Notes: generated from the sequence alone by a model not told the origin. Counted from the first letter of the stretch, positions 42,893-58,231 are shown. The stretch: DNA of 64,000 nt from Octopus vulgaris (GCA_951406725.2 OX597833.1:5642001-5706000), one strand, 5' to 3'. Numbers and translations are program-made.

Positions 42893-43558
42893 CATACATA
42901 CATACACACATATATATATATATATATGCATATATATATACGTACGCAAACACATATATATATACAACTCTCCCCCTCTCTCTCCCCCTCCTCTCCCATT
43001 CTTTCACACGTCCCCCTTTTCCTTTCTGTCTCTTTCGTCTTCTTCACAATTACATTTCTCCCTCCCCCACCCCTCCCCCATTTCAAAGGACCTTCCCTCC
43101 CCCCCCCCAACCAATCCTCAGCTGTCTGAATCGTTAAAAAACAACCCACAGATTGCAGCTGTTCGCGGTAACCCACCCGTCCTCATCCACCCAAATATAT
43201 CTTCGTAATGAGATTTTCCAATCCCTAATTTATCTTCTGACCAACTGTCTCCACCTTAATTCTTGTCTCATTTGCTAGTCCCTTTTAGATTTTCTATCAT
43301 CTGTGAATGTTAAAAAAGTAGGAACACCCTTGTGGTTCCTCAGAAGATTAATTTGTGGCTTTCAAAAACCACCTTAGATTTTTTTTTTTTTTTTTTGATG
43401 GGAACATAAAATCGAGATCTTTGTAAAGTGTTACGACCATATAAATGCTAAAAGAGACAATTTTTATATTTTTCCAACTCCCAGGGATTCATGAGAATCT
43501 AGCTGTGAGGAGTTATGTTCTTGGTCTTTTATCTTTGTATAGCATCCAGAATGTGAGA

Positions 43559-43941
43559 TGGAAGCACTCCGTCGGTTACGACGACGAGGGTTCCGGTTGA
43601 TCCGATCAACGGAACAGCCTGCTCGTGAAATTAACGTGTAAGTGGCTGAGCACTCCACAGACACGTGTACCCTTAACGTAGTTCTCGGGGATATTCAGCG
43701 TGACACAGAGAGTGACAAGGCCGGCCCTTTAAAATACAGGTACAACAGAAACAGGAAGTAAGAGTGAGAGAAAGTTGTGGTGAAAGAGTACAGCAGGGAT
43801 CGCCACCATCCCCTGCCGGAGCCTCGTGGAGCTTTAGGTGTTTTCGCTCAATAAACACTCACAACGCCCGGTCTGGGAATCGAAACCGCGATCCTACGAC
43901 CGCGAGTCCGCTGCCCTAACCACTGGGCCATTGCACCTCCA
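43559..43941 (-). mobile_element. SINE C, full length with TSD
   Basis: TSD AGAATGTGAGAT at 43548-43559 and 43944-43955. Confidence 0.93.
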
Positions 43942-44072
43942 CAAGAATGTGAGATACACATATCTTCTCACCAGGATAGGCTGCTAGTCTTTCGTAGATA
44001 ACTTTCTAAATAACCCTGGCATCTTATACCAGGAAAATGAGAAAAAAATATAAGGTCGGATTTTTTAAAAAT

Positions 44073-44620
44073 TGGTTTCAAATTTTGATCCAAGGCCAGC
44101 TATTTATGGGGAGGGGATAAATCGATTATATCGACCCCAGTGCGTAACTGGTACTTATTTGATCGACCTCGGAATGCTGGAAGGCATTTTGTCGCAAGCA
44201 TTTTGTCCGGCGAGTTGGATATTTTTGATATTGAAGCATATTCTTTATTTCTTTATTGCCCACAAGGGGCTAAACATAGAGGGGACAAACAAGAACAGAC
44301 AAAGGGATTGAGTCGATTACATCGACCCCAGTGGGTAACTGGAACTTTATTTATCGACCCCGAAAGGATGAAAGGCAAAGTCGACCTCGGTGGAATTTGA
44401 ACTCAGAACGTAGCAGCAGACGAAATACCTATTTCTTTACTACCCACAAGGGGATAAACATAGAGGGGATAAACAAGAACAGACAAAGGGATTGAGTCGA
44501 TTACATCGACCCCAGTGCGTAACTGGTACTTTATTTATCGACCCCGAAAGGATGAAAGGCAAAGTCGACCTCGGCGGAATTTGAACTCAGAACGTAACGT
44601 TTCTGCCAGCTCGCTGCCTT
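44073..44620 (-). mobile_element. SINE A dimer next to an older A copy
   Basis: Units 44245-44428 and 44429-44620 are joined at AAATAG|GTATTTCG. Confidence 0.85.
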
Positions 44621-45478
44621 GGGCCACTTCCGCAGGCGATGACTAATTCCGTCCTCGCTGTCTAAGTCAAGCGAAGCATGTCGGTTAAGGGCCGAAATGC
44701 TTGTGACTCTGAGACTCCGCTGAAGTTACAGAAGTGTTTTCTGACATTACGATGGATTCAGAAGAAGATGTTCCAATTATTCTGAGTATCTCCTGTTAAT
44801 TTTGCTTGGAGCAAAGCATCTCCGATGTTATTTTTTTCTATTACTTATTAACACTATTGGCCCCGAAGACTGTTGCTTCGGATTCACTTGTGCTGTAACC
44901 GTAATATCTGTTGATAAGTTCCGTTCATTTACATGAAGATAAGCCAACTAGGCTAAATACAAAGTGTTTCTTTACAATGGGATATGGACGTAGGACATGT
45001 CATAAGTGAGAGATGTCATCTAGCTTAATCTGCCATCTAGACAGACTTTAAGATATCTTATCTCTGAGATAATGTGAAGATTATAGAGGAAAATAGGTTT
45101 TCTGTCGAGAGATATCGCAAATTGAAATGCAACGAGAAGAGAAATTGATGTAATTTGAAGAGGCTACAATGGGGGTTTGTTTGTTTAATCTTGATCTACA
45201 AGGAGGACAATGGTTACAACAACAAGAACAACAACAAGGATAACGATAAATGAATGCAACAATAACAACAATAAAAATAATGGCAGAAATAGTGTCATGA
45301 TTTTTCCATTACATAATTAAACAGTTCTTCGTGAAAACACAAAAGATGTGGGTTCGAGTCCCACGCGTACGTAAAAACCTACTTTTTTTTCCGTCGAGGG
45401 CTTATATGCTCCATTCTTAGACTATTTTATATAACCATTGCGTGGTGATCGCTTATAAGCTTTAATCTTGTAAAATAC

Positions 45479-45571
<93 letters not shown>

Positions 45572-45844
45572 TATTTACAGAGTTCTATGACGCTGCTAAC
45601 CAAAAACCATCGTGCGCGCACACACACATACATATATAAATATTGTTTTATTAAAGCTGAAAAGTCTACATAAACGGTTACTCAGAGTTTCACGTAACCG
45701 ATCATCCGACAGATCGGTTACATGAAAGGCTGAGTTGCAATTACTCAAGAATTTCACCTTCAATAAAATAATATAATCTACTCTACGTTCGGTAATGGAG
45801 AACAACTTCCTCAACCTTCATTTGCACCGAAGTGGTCGCATATA

Positions 45845-46010
45845 TGTGTCTGTTCGTGTATTCTCCTTGTTTTTTCTGTGTCCCTTTCTGTAGAAGAGCG
45901 TAGGCTCGAAACGTAAAAGACTTTTTCTATTCCTGAGCGTTATACTAATACATCTCTTTGTTTTCTACACCACCTGTCTTCGTCTTTTGTTTTTTTCGTA
46001 AACTCTCCCC
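45845..46010 (+). mobile_element. HH-4 element with minimal hammerhead-like motif at 45884-45919
   Basis: CTTT-CTGTAGA-A-GAGC GTAG GCTC-GAAAC-GTA-AAAG, then TTCCTGAGCG shared with HH-3; ends in (TA)n. Confidence 0.72.
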
Positions 46011-46084
<74 letters not shown>

Positions 46085-46189
46085 AGATATATACATATAT
46101 ATATATGTATTATATATGTGTGTGTGTGTGTGTAGATATATACATATATATATATATATGCATATATGTATGCATTATGCATGTATATA

Positions 46190-46260
<71 letters not shown>

Positions 46261-46278
46261 GCATAATGCATACATATA

Positions 46279-46375
<97 letters not shown>

Positions 46376-46692
46376 TTACTACGCCTAGACAAATGCTCTG
46401 CGGCATTTCGTCCATCTTTATGTTCTGAGTCCACCGAAGTCGACTTTGCCATTCATCCTTTTGGGGGTCGATAAAATAAGTACCAGTTTAACACTGGGGT
46501 CGATGTATTCGATTAGTCCCCTACCCTACACCCGAAATTGCTGGCATTGTGCTAAAATTTGAAACTAGTATTTTATTTGTGAACGTTCAATGTCTTTGTC
46601 CAGATGGATCGGAACAAATAATTAGCAATTTTGCTCATTAGTTCAATTAGCAGCGAAAATGATTTAATTTCATGCAAAACTTCACACAATGT

Positions 46693-46853
46693 CGCAGGAG
46701 TGGCTGTGTGGTAAGTAGCTTGCTAACCAACCACATGGTTCCGGGTTCAGTCCCACTGCGTGGCATCTTGGGCAAGTGTCTTCTGCTATAGCCCCGGGCC
46801 GACCAATGCCTTGTGAGTGGATTTGGTAGACGGAAAACTGAAAGAAGCCCGTC

Positions 46854-46893
<40 letters not shown>

Positions 46894-47120
46894 GCGTGTG
46901 TGTGTGTTTGTGTGTCTGTGTTTGTCCCTCTAGCATTGCTTGACAACCGATGCTGGTGTGTTTACGTCCCCGTCAGTTAGCGGTTCGGCAAAAGAGACCG
47001 ATAGAATAAGTACTGGGCTTACAAAGAATAAGTCGCAGGGTCGATTTGATCGACTAAAGGCGGTGCTCCAGCATGGCCGCAGTCAAATGACTGAACCAAG
47101 TAAAAGAGAGTAAAAGAGTA
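46693..47120 (+). mobile_element. SINE B, full length
   Basis: Matches family B. Confidence 0.92.
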
Positions 47121-47210
47121 ATGTGAACTTGTGTTCGAGATGTTTTCTGGTCCCATGAGTGAAAAACCTTGATTTAGGTCAGTTTAAGGCATTTGTCTTA
47201 CTAAGAACTA

Positions 47211-47960
47211 TACTCTTTTACTCTTTTACTTTTTTACTTGTTTCAGTCAATTGACTGCGGCCATGCTGGAGCACCGCCTTTGGTCGAGCAACTCGACCCC
47301 GGGACTTATTCTTTGTAAGCCCAGTGCTTATTCTATCGGTCTCTTTTGCCGAACCGCTAAGTGACGGGGACGTAAACACACCAGCATCGGTTGTCAAGCA
47401 ATGCTAGGGGGACAAACACAGACACACAAACATATATATATACATATATACAACGGGCTTCTTTCAGTTTCCGTCTACCAAATCCACTCACAAGACTTTG
47501 GTCGGCCCGAGGCTATAGTAGAAGACACTTGCCCAAGGTGCCACGCCGTGGGACTGAACCCGGAACCATGTGGTTGGTAAGCAAGCTACTTACCACACAG
47601 CCACTCCTACGCCTATTTATATATACGATTGGCTTCTTTCAGTTTCCGTCTACCAAATCCACTCACAAGACTTTGGTCGGCCCGAGGCTATAGTAGAAGA
47701 CACTTGCCCAAGGTGCCACGCCGTGGGACTGAACCCGGAACCATGTGGTTGGTAAGCAAGCTACTTACCACACAGCCACTCCTACGCCTATTTATATATA
47801 CGATTGGCTTCTTTCAGTTTCCGTCTACCAAATCCACTCACAAGACTTTGGTCGGCTCGAGGCTATAGTAGAAGACACTTGCCCAAGGTGCCACGCAGTG
47901 GGACTGAACCCGGAACCATGTGGTTGGTAAACAAGCTACTTACCACACAGCCACTCCTGC
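47211..47960 (-). mobile_element. SINE B with triplicated 175-bp 5' module
   Basis: Head plus core is repeated at about 47455, 47630 and 47805, with a single tail. Confidence 0.92.
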
Positions 47961-48562
47961 GGATATAAACATGGTGAAAGTCACACAAACTGCTCTAAAA
48001 AAAGATCAACAACAGTAAACCCAGTAACCCAACGTAACAAAGCGGCCATATTGGAGAATTACAATTCATTCTGATGAGAGAACAAATCTCTTCGCCCTAT
48101 TTGGTTTTTTTTATTATTCGAAATATTATCATTTATGCAGTTCAATATAAATTCTATTCCCCTTTTATAAGTGAATAAATACTTCTATAAAATCAGGTCA
48201 GCAAAATATGGACATTGGTAACAAAGAAAAACTGAGGTAAATAAAGAAAAGAAAGAAGGAGAGAGAAGAATAATAATATAAATGTTAAGAATAAAACACT
48301 TGAGGGAATTTTTAGGTAACAATAGGCATTTAAAACTGGTTTCTGATAATAGCTCCAGACTCTGTGAGTGAGAAGAATAAAGGGTTTGAATTGGTGTAAG
48401 ATATGTAACAGGATTTACAGTGTCTTGGTGGTTGTGTGTACCCAATAAAACTGCTCTGTATTGAATAGACGGGAAATGGGAGGAAGAAGAAGAGGAGGAC
48501 TATGTGTGTGTGTGTGTGTGTGTGTGCGCGCGCCTACGTGTGTGAGTGGTGAGTGTGTATGC

Positions 48563-48612
<50 letters not shown>

Positions 48613-48619
48613 TTATCTG

Positions 48620-48716
<97 letters not shown>

Positions 48717-48760
48717 TTATATAGCTATCTGTGTGTGTGTACGCCTGTATGTGAGGAAGA

Positions 48761-49066
48761 GGTGACCCTCTTCGGTCATGACTGACCATGGGATTGCACC
48801 TAAAAAGTTACCCTCCGAAGCACAAGTCAGGGCAAGGTTGTTCGTGGAAGGCCAGCAGTCACCCATACATACCAGCCTCTCTGTCTCCATGCCACCGATG
48901 TTATCCAGGGGAAAGGCAAAGGGGCCGATACAGCTTGGCACCAACGACGTCGCAACGTGAAATAAAGTGTCTTGCTCAAGAACTCAATACGCAGCCCGGT
49001 CCGGGAGTCGAACTCACAACCTCACCATCGTAAGCTCGACGCTCAAACCACTGAGCCATGCGCCTT
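48761..49066 (-). mobile_element. tRNA-derived SINE family D
   Basis: Minus strand GGCGCATGGCTCAGTGG (A-box)...GAGTTCGACTCC (B-box)...TTCTTGAGCAAGACACTTTATTTCAC core-like segment. Confidence 0.8.
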
Positions 49067-49236
49067 CACTACCTGTATGTATGTGTATGAATGAATATAT
49101 GTATACACACACACGTATACTCCATAAAATATCGAATGCGTATATCCTCGCTTCTATTTGTATGTATGTATGTACGTATATATATATATATGTATATATG
49201 TATGTATGTATGTATGTATATGTATGTATGTACGTA

Positions 49237-49279
<43 letters not shown>

Positions 49280-49328
49280 ATGTATGTATGTATGTATGTA
49301 TGTATATGTATGTATGTATGTAGGTATG

Positions 49329-49359
<31 letters not shown>

Positions 49360-49428
49360 ATGTATGTATGTATGTATGTATGTATGTATATGTATGTATG
49401 TACGTATGCATATATATATGTATATATG

Positions 49429-49473
<45 letters not shown>

Positions 49474-49494
49474 GTATATATGTATGTATGTATG

Positions 49495-49526
<32 letters not shown>

Positions 49527-50006
49527 TGTATGTATGTATGTATGTATGTATGTATGTATGCGTGTGTGTGTGTGTGTGTGTGGATACCGTTTCCCGAGAG
49601 AAGAAATCTAAATGGAAGAAGAAAAAAAGGTTGAAGGAACTGGAGAGGGATTCGGGTGTGAGAACTGGGTGAGTCTTTTGAGCGAGGAGAGAGAGAGAGA
49701 AAGTCATCGGAGTGTGGCGATGGATGCGGGGGGGGGCGGAGAAGGGCTTCTCACTGGATGACGTCGAGATTGTCAGAGATTTCACGACATTGACAGTCAC
49801 AAACTCACACAAATTCTCATGTCTTTGCACTTGGAGACCTTTTCTAAGAATTGTATTGGGCGGGTCCGGACAGGAGATGGGGGTACGCGAACGGGTGGGG
49901 GAATGGGGTGGAGTTTGGGGGTAAACAAGGTGGAGGTGGTGGTGGTGGTGGCGGTGGTTACTGCTGTTGGCAGCAAATATGGTTTTGGTGGTGATGGCGG
50001 AGGAAT

Positions 50007-50038
<32 letters not shown>

Positions 50039-50409
50039 GGTGGTGGTGGTGGTGGTGGTGACGGTGATGGTGATGGTGGAAAGGAACGAATATGTAAAAG
50101 AAAGAAATTATGGGTATGTGGGGATGAAGACAAGAAGAAGAAGAAGAAGAAGAAGAAGAAGAAGAAGAAGAAGAAGAAGAAGAAGAAGAAAAAGAAGAAG
50201 AAGAAGAAGGTTCACACGTACATACATCCACCATATTAGCACAGACAGACACAACCTTACCCTCTCCTCTTTCTCTTGGTCTTTGTCTTTTTAGCAATTC
50301 CCTATTTCAATGGAACCTGCTTCTTTTTATTTATTTATATATTTCTTTATTACCCACAAGGGGCCAAACATAGAGGATAAAGGCTGTGTATGTATAAGAG
50401 AATGAAAGG

Positions 50410-50448
<39 letters not shown>

Positions 50449-50931
50449 ATAGGTTGTGTGTGTGGGTGCTTTTGTGTTGGCAGTTCTACGGCGGGTCGCA
50501 GGTGATATGACTTCATCGTGGTTCAACCTGTAAGTCCGTTCTCAGTTCACCTGTTGGAAAATTCCCACGGATTGCTTACGCGCGTGTGTGTGTGCGCATG
50601 CGCGTGTGGATGGAATTTGAACTCCAACACAATATAGAAGCAACATAGAAGCCCATGTATTGGCAGAGATCAACAACCAGAAGAATTCTACCCCAGTATC
50701 CGACTGGTACTTGATTTTACCGCTACCTCTGTCCCGTGAAATATAAAAAAAAAAATCAAAGTTGACCGCAATGGCGATTTGAACTTGAAAGGTGAAGAAC
50801 CAAAACAAATGCTACAAGCTGTTTTTTGGCTTTTTTCCGACGCTCTACCGATTCTGCCAGCCCGTCGTCGGATTTAAGCACAAAATAAGCAAACTGTGGA
50901 GAAGGTTGGTAGACACAAACAAACCTAGTAA

Positions 50932-51337
50932 TCTGGCAGAAACGTTAGCACACCGAGCGAAATGCGGAGCCGTATTTCGTCTGCCGTTACGTTCTGAGTC
51001 CAAATTCCGCCGAGGTCGACTTTGCCTTTCATCCTTTCGGGGTCGATTAAACATGTACCAGTTACGCACTGGGGTCGATATAATCGACTTAATCCGTCTG
51101 TCTGTCCTTGTTTGTCCCCTCTGCGTTTTAGTCCCTTGTGGGTAGTAAAGAAATAGGTATTTCGTCTGCCGCTACGTTCTGAGTTCAAATTCCGCCGAGG
51201 TCGACTTTGCCTTTCATCCTTTCGGGGTCGATTAAATAAGTACCAGTTACGCACTGGGTCGATATAATCGACTTAATCCGTTTGTCTATCCTTGTCTGTC
51301 TCCTCTGTGTTTAGCCTCTTGTGGGTAATAAAGAAAT
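50932..51337 (+). mobile_element. SINE A dimer
   Basis: Second unit starts at 51157 after AAAGAAATAG. Confidence 0.9.
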
Positions 51338-51467
51338 AATATACACATATATGCACACGTATATATATGTGTATATATATTTATATATGTATACACACAT
51401 ATATACACGTATATATATATATACACACACACACAAACATATATATATGTATATATATATATATACG

Positions 51468-51501
<34 letters not shown>

Positions 51502-52126
51502 CATATATGTATATATACCTATATGTATACACACACACACATATATAGACGCAGTTCATGTGATATCTGCACTTTTGATTTTGAATACCTGTTTTGCATG
51601 TTTTTGTATACGCACACGTGCACGTGTATATATATATATATACATACATACATATATATATACACACACACATATATATATATATATTTGTGTGTCTGTG
51701 TGTGTGAGAGTATGTCTATCTGTATGTATGTGTGTATGTATGTATAAAACTCACACAATGTTACTTTGCCCATTAAGTAAAGTAAACTGGAACCCGTTGC
51801 AACAAAGACCGTCTGTAATGATTCTAAAGAAGCCATTGTTTGTCGGCTCACTGTTTATCGATCCAGTGATTTCACAGTTCAATACGTAACAAAATCGCTC
51901 CAAGTCCTAATGACAGCAGACAAGGAAACAATCACGTTGGATCTTATCATAACAACGGAGATTCAAGTGGAGCGAAATTCTCACAACTTCACACAAAAGG
52001 TATTTAAGAATTCCCTGACAATGAAGGTTTTTGCTGCGATAAAACTTAGGGTACTTAATTCCTTTATAGGAGAACGTATGTACGTATGAGAGTGTATGAA
52101 TATATACAGGTATATCTGCATGCATT

Positions 52127-52241
<115 letters not shown>

Positions 52242-52384
52242 TTACCTTAAATGGCAGTTAAGGTAAGTCAGAAAAAACATTAGCCTTATCTTAATGCGTA
52301 TTTAAAATATCTATAATCGCTGCTTTAATTCATGAATGTAGTATATGTGTGTGTATCTATACGTATGTGTGTGTGTGTGTGTAG

Positions 52385-52720
52385 TGGAGGCGCAATTGCC
52401 AAGTGGTTAAGGCAGCAGAATCGCGGTTTCGATTCCCAGACCGGGCGTTGTAAGTGTTTGTTTATTGAGCGGAAACACCTAAAGCTCCACGAGGCTCCAG
52501 CAAGGGCTGGTGGCGAACCCTGCTGTATTATTTCACCACAACTTTCCCTCACTCTTTCTTCCTGTTTCTGTTGTACCTGTATTTCAAAGGGGCCAGCCTT
52601 GTCAAACTCTGTGTCACGCTGAATATACCCTGAGAACTACGTTAAAGGTACACGTGTCTGTGGAGTACTCAGCCACTTGCCTGCAAATTTCACGAGCAGG
52701 CTGTTCCGTTGATCGGATCA
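52385..52720 (+). mobile_element. SINE C, 3'-truncated
   Basis: Matches the reverse complement of 43559-43941. Confidence 0.85.
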
Positions 52721-52725
52721 GTGCT

Positions 52726-52759
<34 letters not shown>

Positions 52760-53156
52760 CTTTTACTCTTTTACTTGTTTCAGTCATTTGACTGCGGCCA
52801 TGTTGGGGCACCGCCTTTAGTCGAGGAAATCGACCCCCAGGACTTATTCTTTGTAAGCCTAGTACATATTCTCTCGGTCTCTTTTGCCGAACCGCTAATG
52901 TTACGGGGACGTAAACACACCAGCATCGGTTGTTAAGTGATGTTGGCGGGACAAACACAGACACACAAAAACACACACATATACATACATATATACGACG
53001 GGCTTCTTTCAGTTTCCGTCTACCAAATCCACTCACAAGGCTTTGGTCGGCCCGAGGCTATAGTAGAAGACACTTGCCCAAGGTGCCACGCAGTGGGACT
53101 GAATCCGGGACCATGTGGTTGGTAAGCAAGCTACTTACCACACAGCCACTCCTGCG

Positions 53157-53159
<3 letters not shown>
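52760..53159 (-). mobile_element. SINE B, full length
   Basis: Matches family B. Confidence 0.92.
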
Positions 53160-53247
<88 letters not shown>

Positions 53248-53276
53248 CATACATATATAATACAATATATATATAT

Positions 53277-54047
53277 ACACACAGAGACATGCATGAAGTA
53301 ACTAGACACCTTTAATTTTCAAAATTTTTTATCTTGATATGTTTTCAGTGGTGTAGAATTTACAATGTAATTATTCTTTTTCATTCTAGGTGCCATTATA
53401 TTAAACATTTGCAAAAAGTAACCATGCCACACACAAAAAATTCAGCAGAACTGTCAGATTTTCAAAGAGGTCGTATTGTTGGGCAATCTGAGGATGGTCT
53501 TAGCCAGCGAAAAATTGCCGAAAATTTTCAAATTCCTCTTGCTACTGTTAATAGAATTATAGTGTAATTCAAAAGCCAAGGAAAAGAATCAACCGATTCT
53601 CGTCCCGGCCGACCTGGGTCCTCGGAAAGGAAGCCTCGCTGTTTGAAGAGAATTGTGGAAAACGAACCCCGTTCGAAGGCTTCTGACATTGCAAAACAGC
53701 TAGAAGTTAGTCCAAGGACATGTGTTACATATCTGCATAAGCTTGGGTATTATGGACGAACAGCTAGAAGTAAACCTCTCCTTCAACCAATTAATATCAC
53801 GAAAAGAAAGAAATGGGCAAAGGAGATGTCAGAAAAATCCAGTTCATTTTGGGATCGAGTGATTTTCTCAGATGAATCCAGATTTGCATTATTTTCAGAC
53901 AGTGGACATGTTTGGGTCTGGAGGCTTCTCAATCAAGAATTTGATTTGAAACGACTCCAACCAACTGTGAAATATGGCGGTATCTCTGTAATGGTATGGG
54001 GAGCTGTCACCAGCAATGGTCGTTCTGAACTGATCGAATGCGTTGGG
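53277..54047 (+). pseudogene. Tc1-family transposon 5' part with truncated transposase pseudogene
   Basis: From ATG 53424: [12 protein letters not shown] (paired-like HTH), in-frame stop at 53565, [21 protein letters not shown] (first catalytic D), [14 protein letters not shown]. Truncated before the second D and E. Confidence 0.93.
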
Positions 54048-55290
54048 ATATATACACCCACACATCCACCCATCTATATACAAATACATATACACATATC
54101 CATCCATCCATCCATCCATCCATCCATCCGTCTATCCGTCCATCCATCCATCCACCCACCCAAACAGTTATATCGATACACAAATTATACAGACTGTCCA
54201 CTGTCTGAGAAGTAAACAAATAATATCGACTCTCTCTCTCTCTCTCCCTCCATCTCTGTCCCTTTTTCTTCCTCTCCCTTTCTCTTCTCCGTTGATTTAC
54301 TGAAAGACGTCATTAAGTAGATGGCAAATAGTTTTAATTACCATTAGAGTGTCAGTGTGGTGTGGTGGTGGCGGTGATGGTGGTGGCGGTGATGGTGGTG
54401 GCGGTGGTGGTGGTGGTGGTGGTGGTGGTGGTGGCGGTGGCGGTGGTGGTGGTGGTGGTTGTAAGTGTTGTGTTAGGGTATCTTAATAGAGAGGAGTCGG
54501 ATGTTTAGGAGCTGATGGAGTAATTGATAATTGTTTATGTGAGCGGGTGGGGAGACTTGGGTAGGCGACCAGGTTGTTACCATTAAAGATGGAAATGGAA
54601 GTAGGGGTGGATGTGAAGACAACGGGGAGGGGGTCTGGAGATTGAAGAGGATGTGGAGACAAGGGTGCATGTGGAAACTGGGGTGGATGATGACGTCTTT
54701 GTCATTTCAGATGAGGATGGATGTAGCGACTGTATTCATTAAAGGTGAGACTGAGTGTCGAAGCCGGGGTGGCTGTGAAGACAGGGGTGGGTGATTTGGT
54801 TGACATTAAAGGTAAGGGTAGACGTGCGGTGTGGGGTGGTTAATGACATCGTTGTCATTAAAGATCAATGTGGATGTTAACACAGGTGCGTGTATGGGGT
54901 GTAGATCGGGTGAGACATGCGGGTGGACGTGAAGATTGGGGTGGCTGATGAAACTGGTGTTGTCATTAAAGACCATTCCAAATTGTCATTAAAGAATTGA
55001 TATAGTCTTATATTCTTTTATTCTTTTATTCTTTTACTGGTTTCAGTCCGAGATTGGGGCCATGCTGGAGCACAGCCTTTCGGTGTTTTGGGATCTGCTT
55101 TCGGTACTAATTTAGATGAAGAAACGAGTTGGAGGGGAGTTACTCTTCTTTGTGCCCCCGCCCCTGCTGCGATGTGGGTTCATCTGGGATTTCATACGTA
55201 TGTATGTATGTATGTATGTATGTATGTATGTATGTATGTATGTATGTTTGTATGTATATGTATATACACACACACACACATACATATATG

Positions 55291-55333
<43 letters not shown>

Positions 55334-55470
55334 ATGCATAAAAATGTATATATATATGTATATGTATATATGCATATATATATATATGTATTTGTATATA
55401 TGCATATACATATATGTGTGTGTATGCATAAAAATGTGTATATATATATATATATATGTATATGTATATA

Positions 55471-55564
<94 letters not shown>

Positions 55565-55638
55565 TATATACATATACATATATACATATACATATATACA
55601 TATATATATATGTATATATATATATGTATATGTATATA

Positions 55639-55677
<39 letters not shown>

Positions 55678-55724
55678 GTATATATATATATATGCATATA
55701 TACATATACATATACATATATATA

Positions 55725-55762
<38 letters not shown>

Positions 55763-56149
55763 TATATATATGTATGTATATATATATGTATATGTATATA
55801 TATATATACATACAGTAGTGATTAGAAAAACTGCGGCAATAACTTCCCCGCCACCACAACCGCCAACTTATTCGCTGTGAGAGCAGCAGCAGCAGCAGCA
55901 ACCCTCGTTTACCACTAAGAAACAATAAAGGATTCATTGCTTTGATTGGACTTGGCCATTAAACACTCCCACCACCGACCACCGCAGCTTCAGCACGATA
56001 TCTATTAACAACAACAACAACAACAACAACAACGAAACAATAACAATTACGACGGGGTTTACAAAAACAATACCAACAACAACATTTCACGTTATAAATG
56101 ACAATACCAATAGATGTTCACGTAAAACTTTAACTAGTAATGGTATCGC

Positions 56150-56150
<1 letters not shown>

Positions 56151-56197
<47 letters not shown>

Positions 56198-56251
56198 TAC
56201 TATTATTATTATTATTACTATTATTATTATTATTATTACTATTACTATTAC

Positions 56252-56314
<63 letters not shown>

Positions 56315-56344
56315 TATTATTATTATTATTACTATTACTATTAC

Positions 56345-56389
<45 letters not shown>

Positions 56390-56496
56390 TACTATTATCA
56401 TTATTATTATTATTATTATCATTATTATTATTACTATTATTATTATTATTATTATTACTATTATTATTATTACTATTATTATTATTATTATCATCA

Positions 56497-56541
<45 letters not shown>

Positions 56542-56586
56542 TTACTATTATTATTATTACTATTATTATTATTATTATTATCATCA

Positions 56587-56645
<59 letters not shown>

Positions 56646-56773
56646 TATTATTATTATTATTACTATTACTATTATTACTATTATTATTATTATTACTATT
56701 ATTATTATTATTATCATCATCATTATTATTACTATTACTATTATTATTATTATTATTATTATTATTATCATCA

Positions 56774-56839
<66 letters not shown>

Positions 56840-56911
56840 TTATTATTATTACTATTACTATTATTACTATTATTATTATTATTACTATTATTATTATTAT
56901 TATTATCATCA

Positions 56912-56955
<44 letters not shown>
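56151..56955. repeat. (TTA)n array of about 800 bp with CTA/TCA variant units
   Basis: Direct inspection. Confidence 0.97.
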
Positions 56956-56958
<3 letters not shown>

Positions 56959-58169
56959 AGTATCATTAAAAGAAATCATCATCATCATCATCATCATCAT
57001 TATTATTGTTGTTGTTGTTGTTAATAGAATGATTGACTTTGTTGTTGCTGCTGTTGTCATTGTTATCTTTGATGACGCTATTTAAGTTGTTGTTGTTGTT
57101 GTTAAAGTTTTCGTATTATTTAATCAGAACGATCCACTTCGTGGCCAGAAGAATCGAGTTTCTCCATTAACATTAATCTCATCCAGAAAACACACACACA
57201 TAAAAAACAAACAACACCAACAAAAAAATCACACAATTAACCGCCATTTTGTGTGTGTTTTAAAATTATATTTTGTCTCCAAACACCGCCACCAGCGCCG
57301 TCACCACCACCAGTACCACTTCACCGTAAATAATCTGTCGGAGGCAGACAAGAGACTACATCGATCTTTGTGATCTGTCCACCATCACTTGGCTAATATC
57401 CACTTCAATATAAACACAGTGTGTTCCACGGTTGGATGTGATTTGAGGACATTGAGAGAAAGCTTTACTAAACATGGCGACGATAGTATGTATCTATGAA
57501 AAAATGAATTTGGAAATAGTCTTATGAATGATATAAAGCTGGACGTAAATGAAATAACGGATCGACCTAGCACTCGTAGGATTGGTAGAGATATGAGGAC
57601 GAGTGGTCGGAGATTGAGAAGCATCTATCAAGTATGTAGACGCAGATAAATAATAATAATAAAGCGTATTTGGAAATATTCTCATGGGAGATGAAAGCTG
57701 TATATAAATGAAGGAAAGGATGAACCAAGTACTCACATAACTGCTTGTGATATAAGAACGAAACGATCGGACGTTGACAAGTTTGTTTATATTCGTTGAC
57801 TTAGAAGCGGTATTCGGAAATATTGCCACGGAATGTGAAAGAAATTTGACGTAGATAAAGGGAAGAATCAACCAAGCACTTACCTATGGACTTCTATGTT
57901 GCAACAAACAACATCTACAAAAACAATAACTTTTTTTTCTGGTAAAAATAATGACCGGAAGTGTTCTGCTTTTTGTGTATGTATTGCCAAGACATGAGGA
58001 AGAGATTACATCCGAGTAGTCTTGAAAGCTTAAGCAATTTATTTTAAAGCGAACTGCCTGAAGAAGGTGCAACGTGACTTGGTCTCAGAACAGTGAGGGT
58101 CCCTGGAGCGTCCAAGTTTAATTTTGTCTGCGCCACACCAACCATCACCGCCACCACCACCATCAGCAA

Positions 58170-58231
<62 letters not shown>

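Noticed and set aside
48071-48130. CTGATGA followed by a GAGA/TCTC hairpin
   Set aside because: The hairpin is followed by TTCG rather than GAAA, and the alternative fold lacks stem I.
54480-54995. G-rich region with recurring GTCATTAAAG and GGGGTGG words
   Set aside because: Spacing is irregular and I could not define a unit or function; probably an old degenerate repeat.
57400-57870. Possible decayed CR1/Jockey-like LINE 3' region on the minus strand (similar hint at 33000-33990)
   Set aside because: Only faint motif resemblance by eye; it needs a translated profile search.
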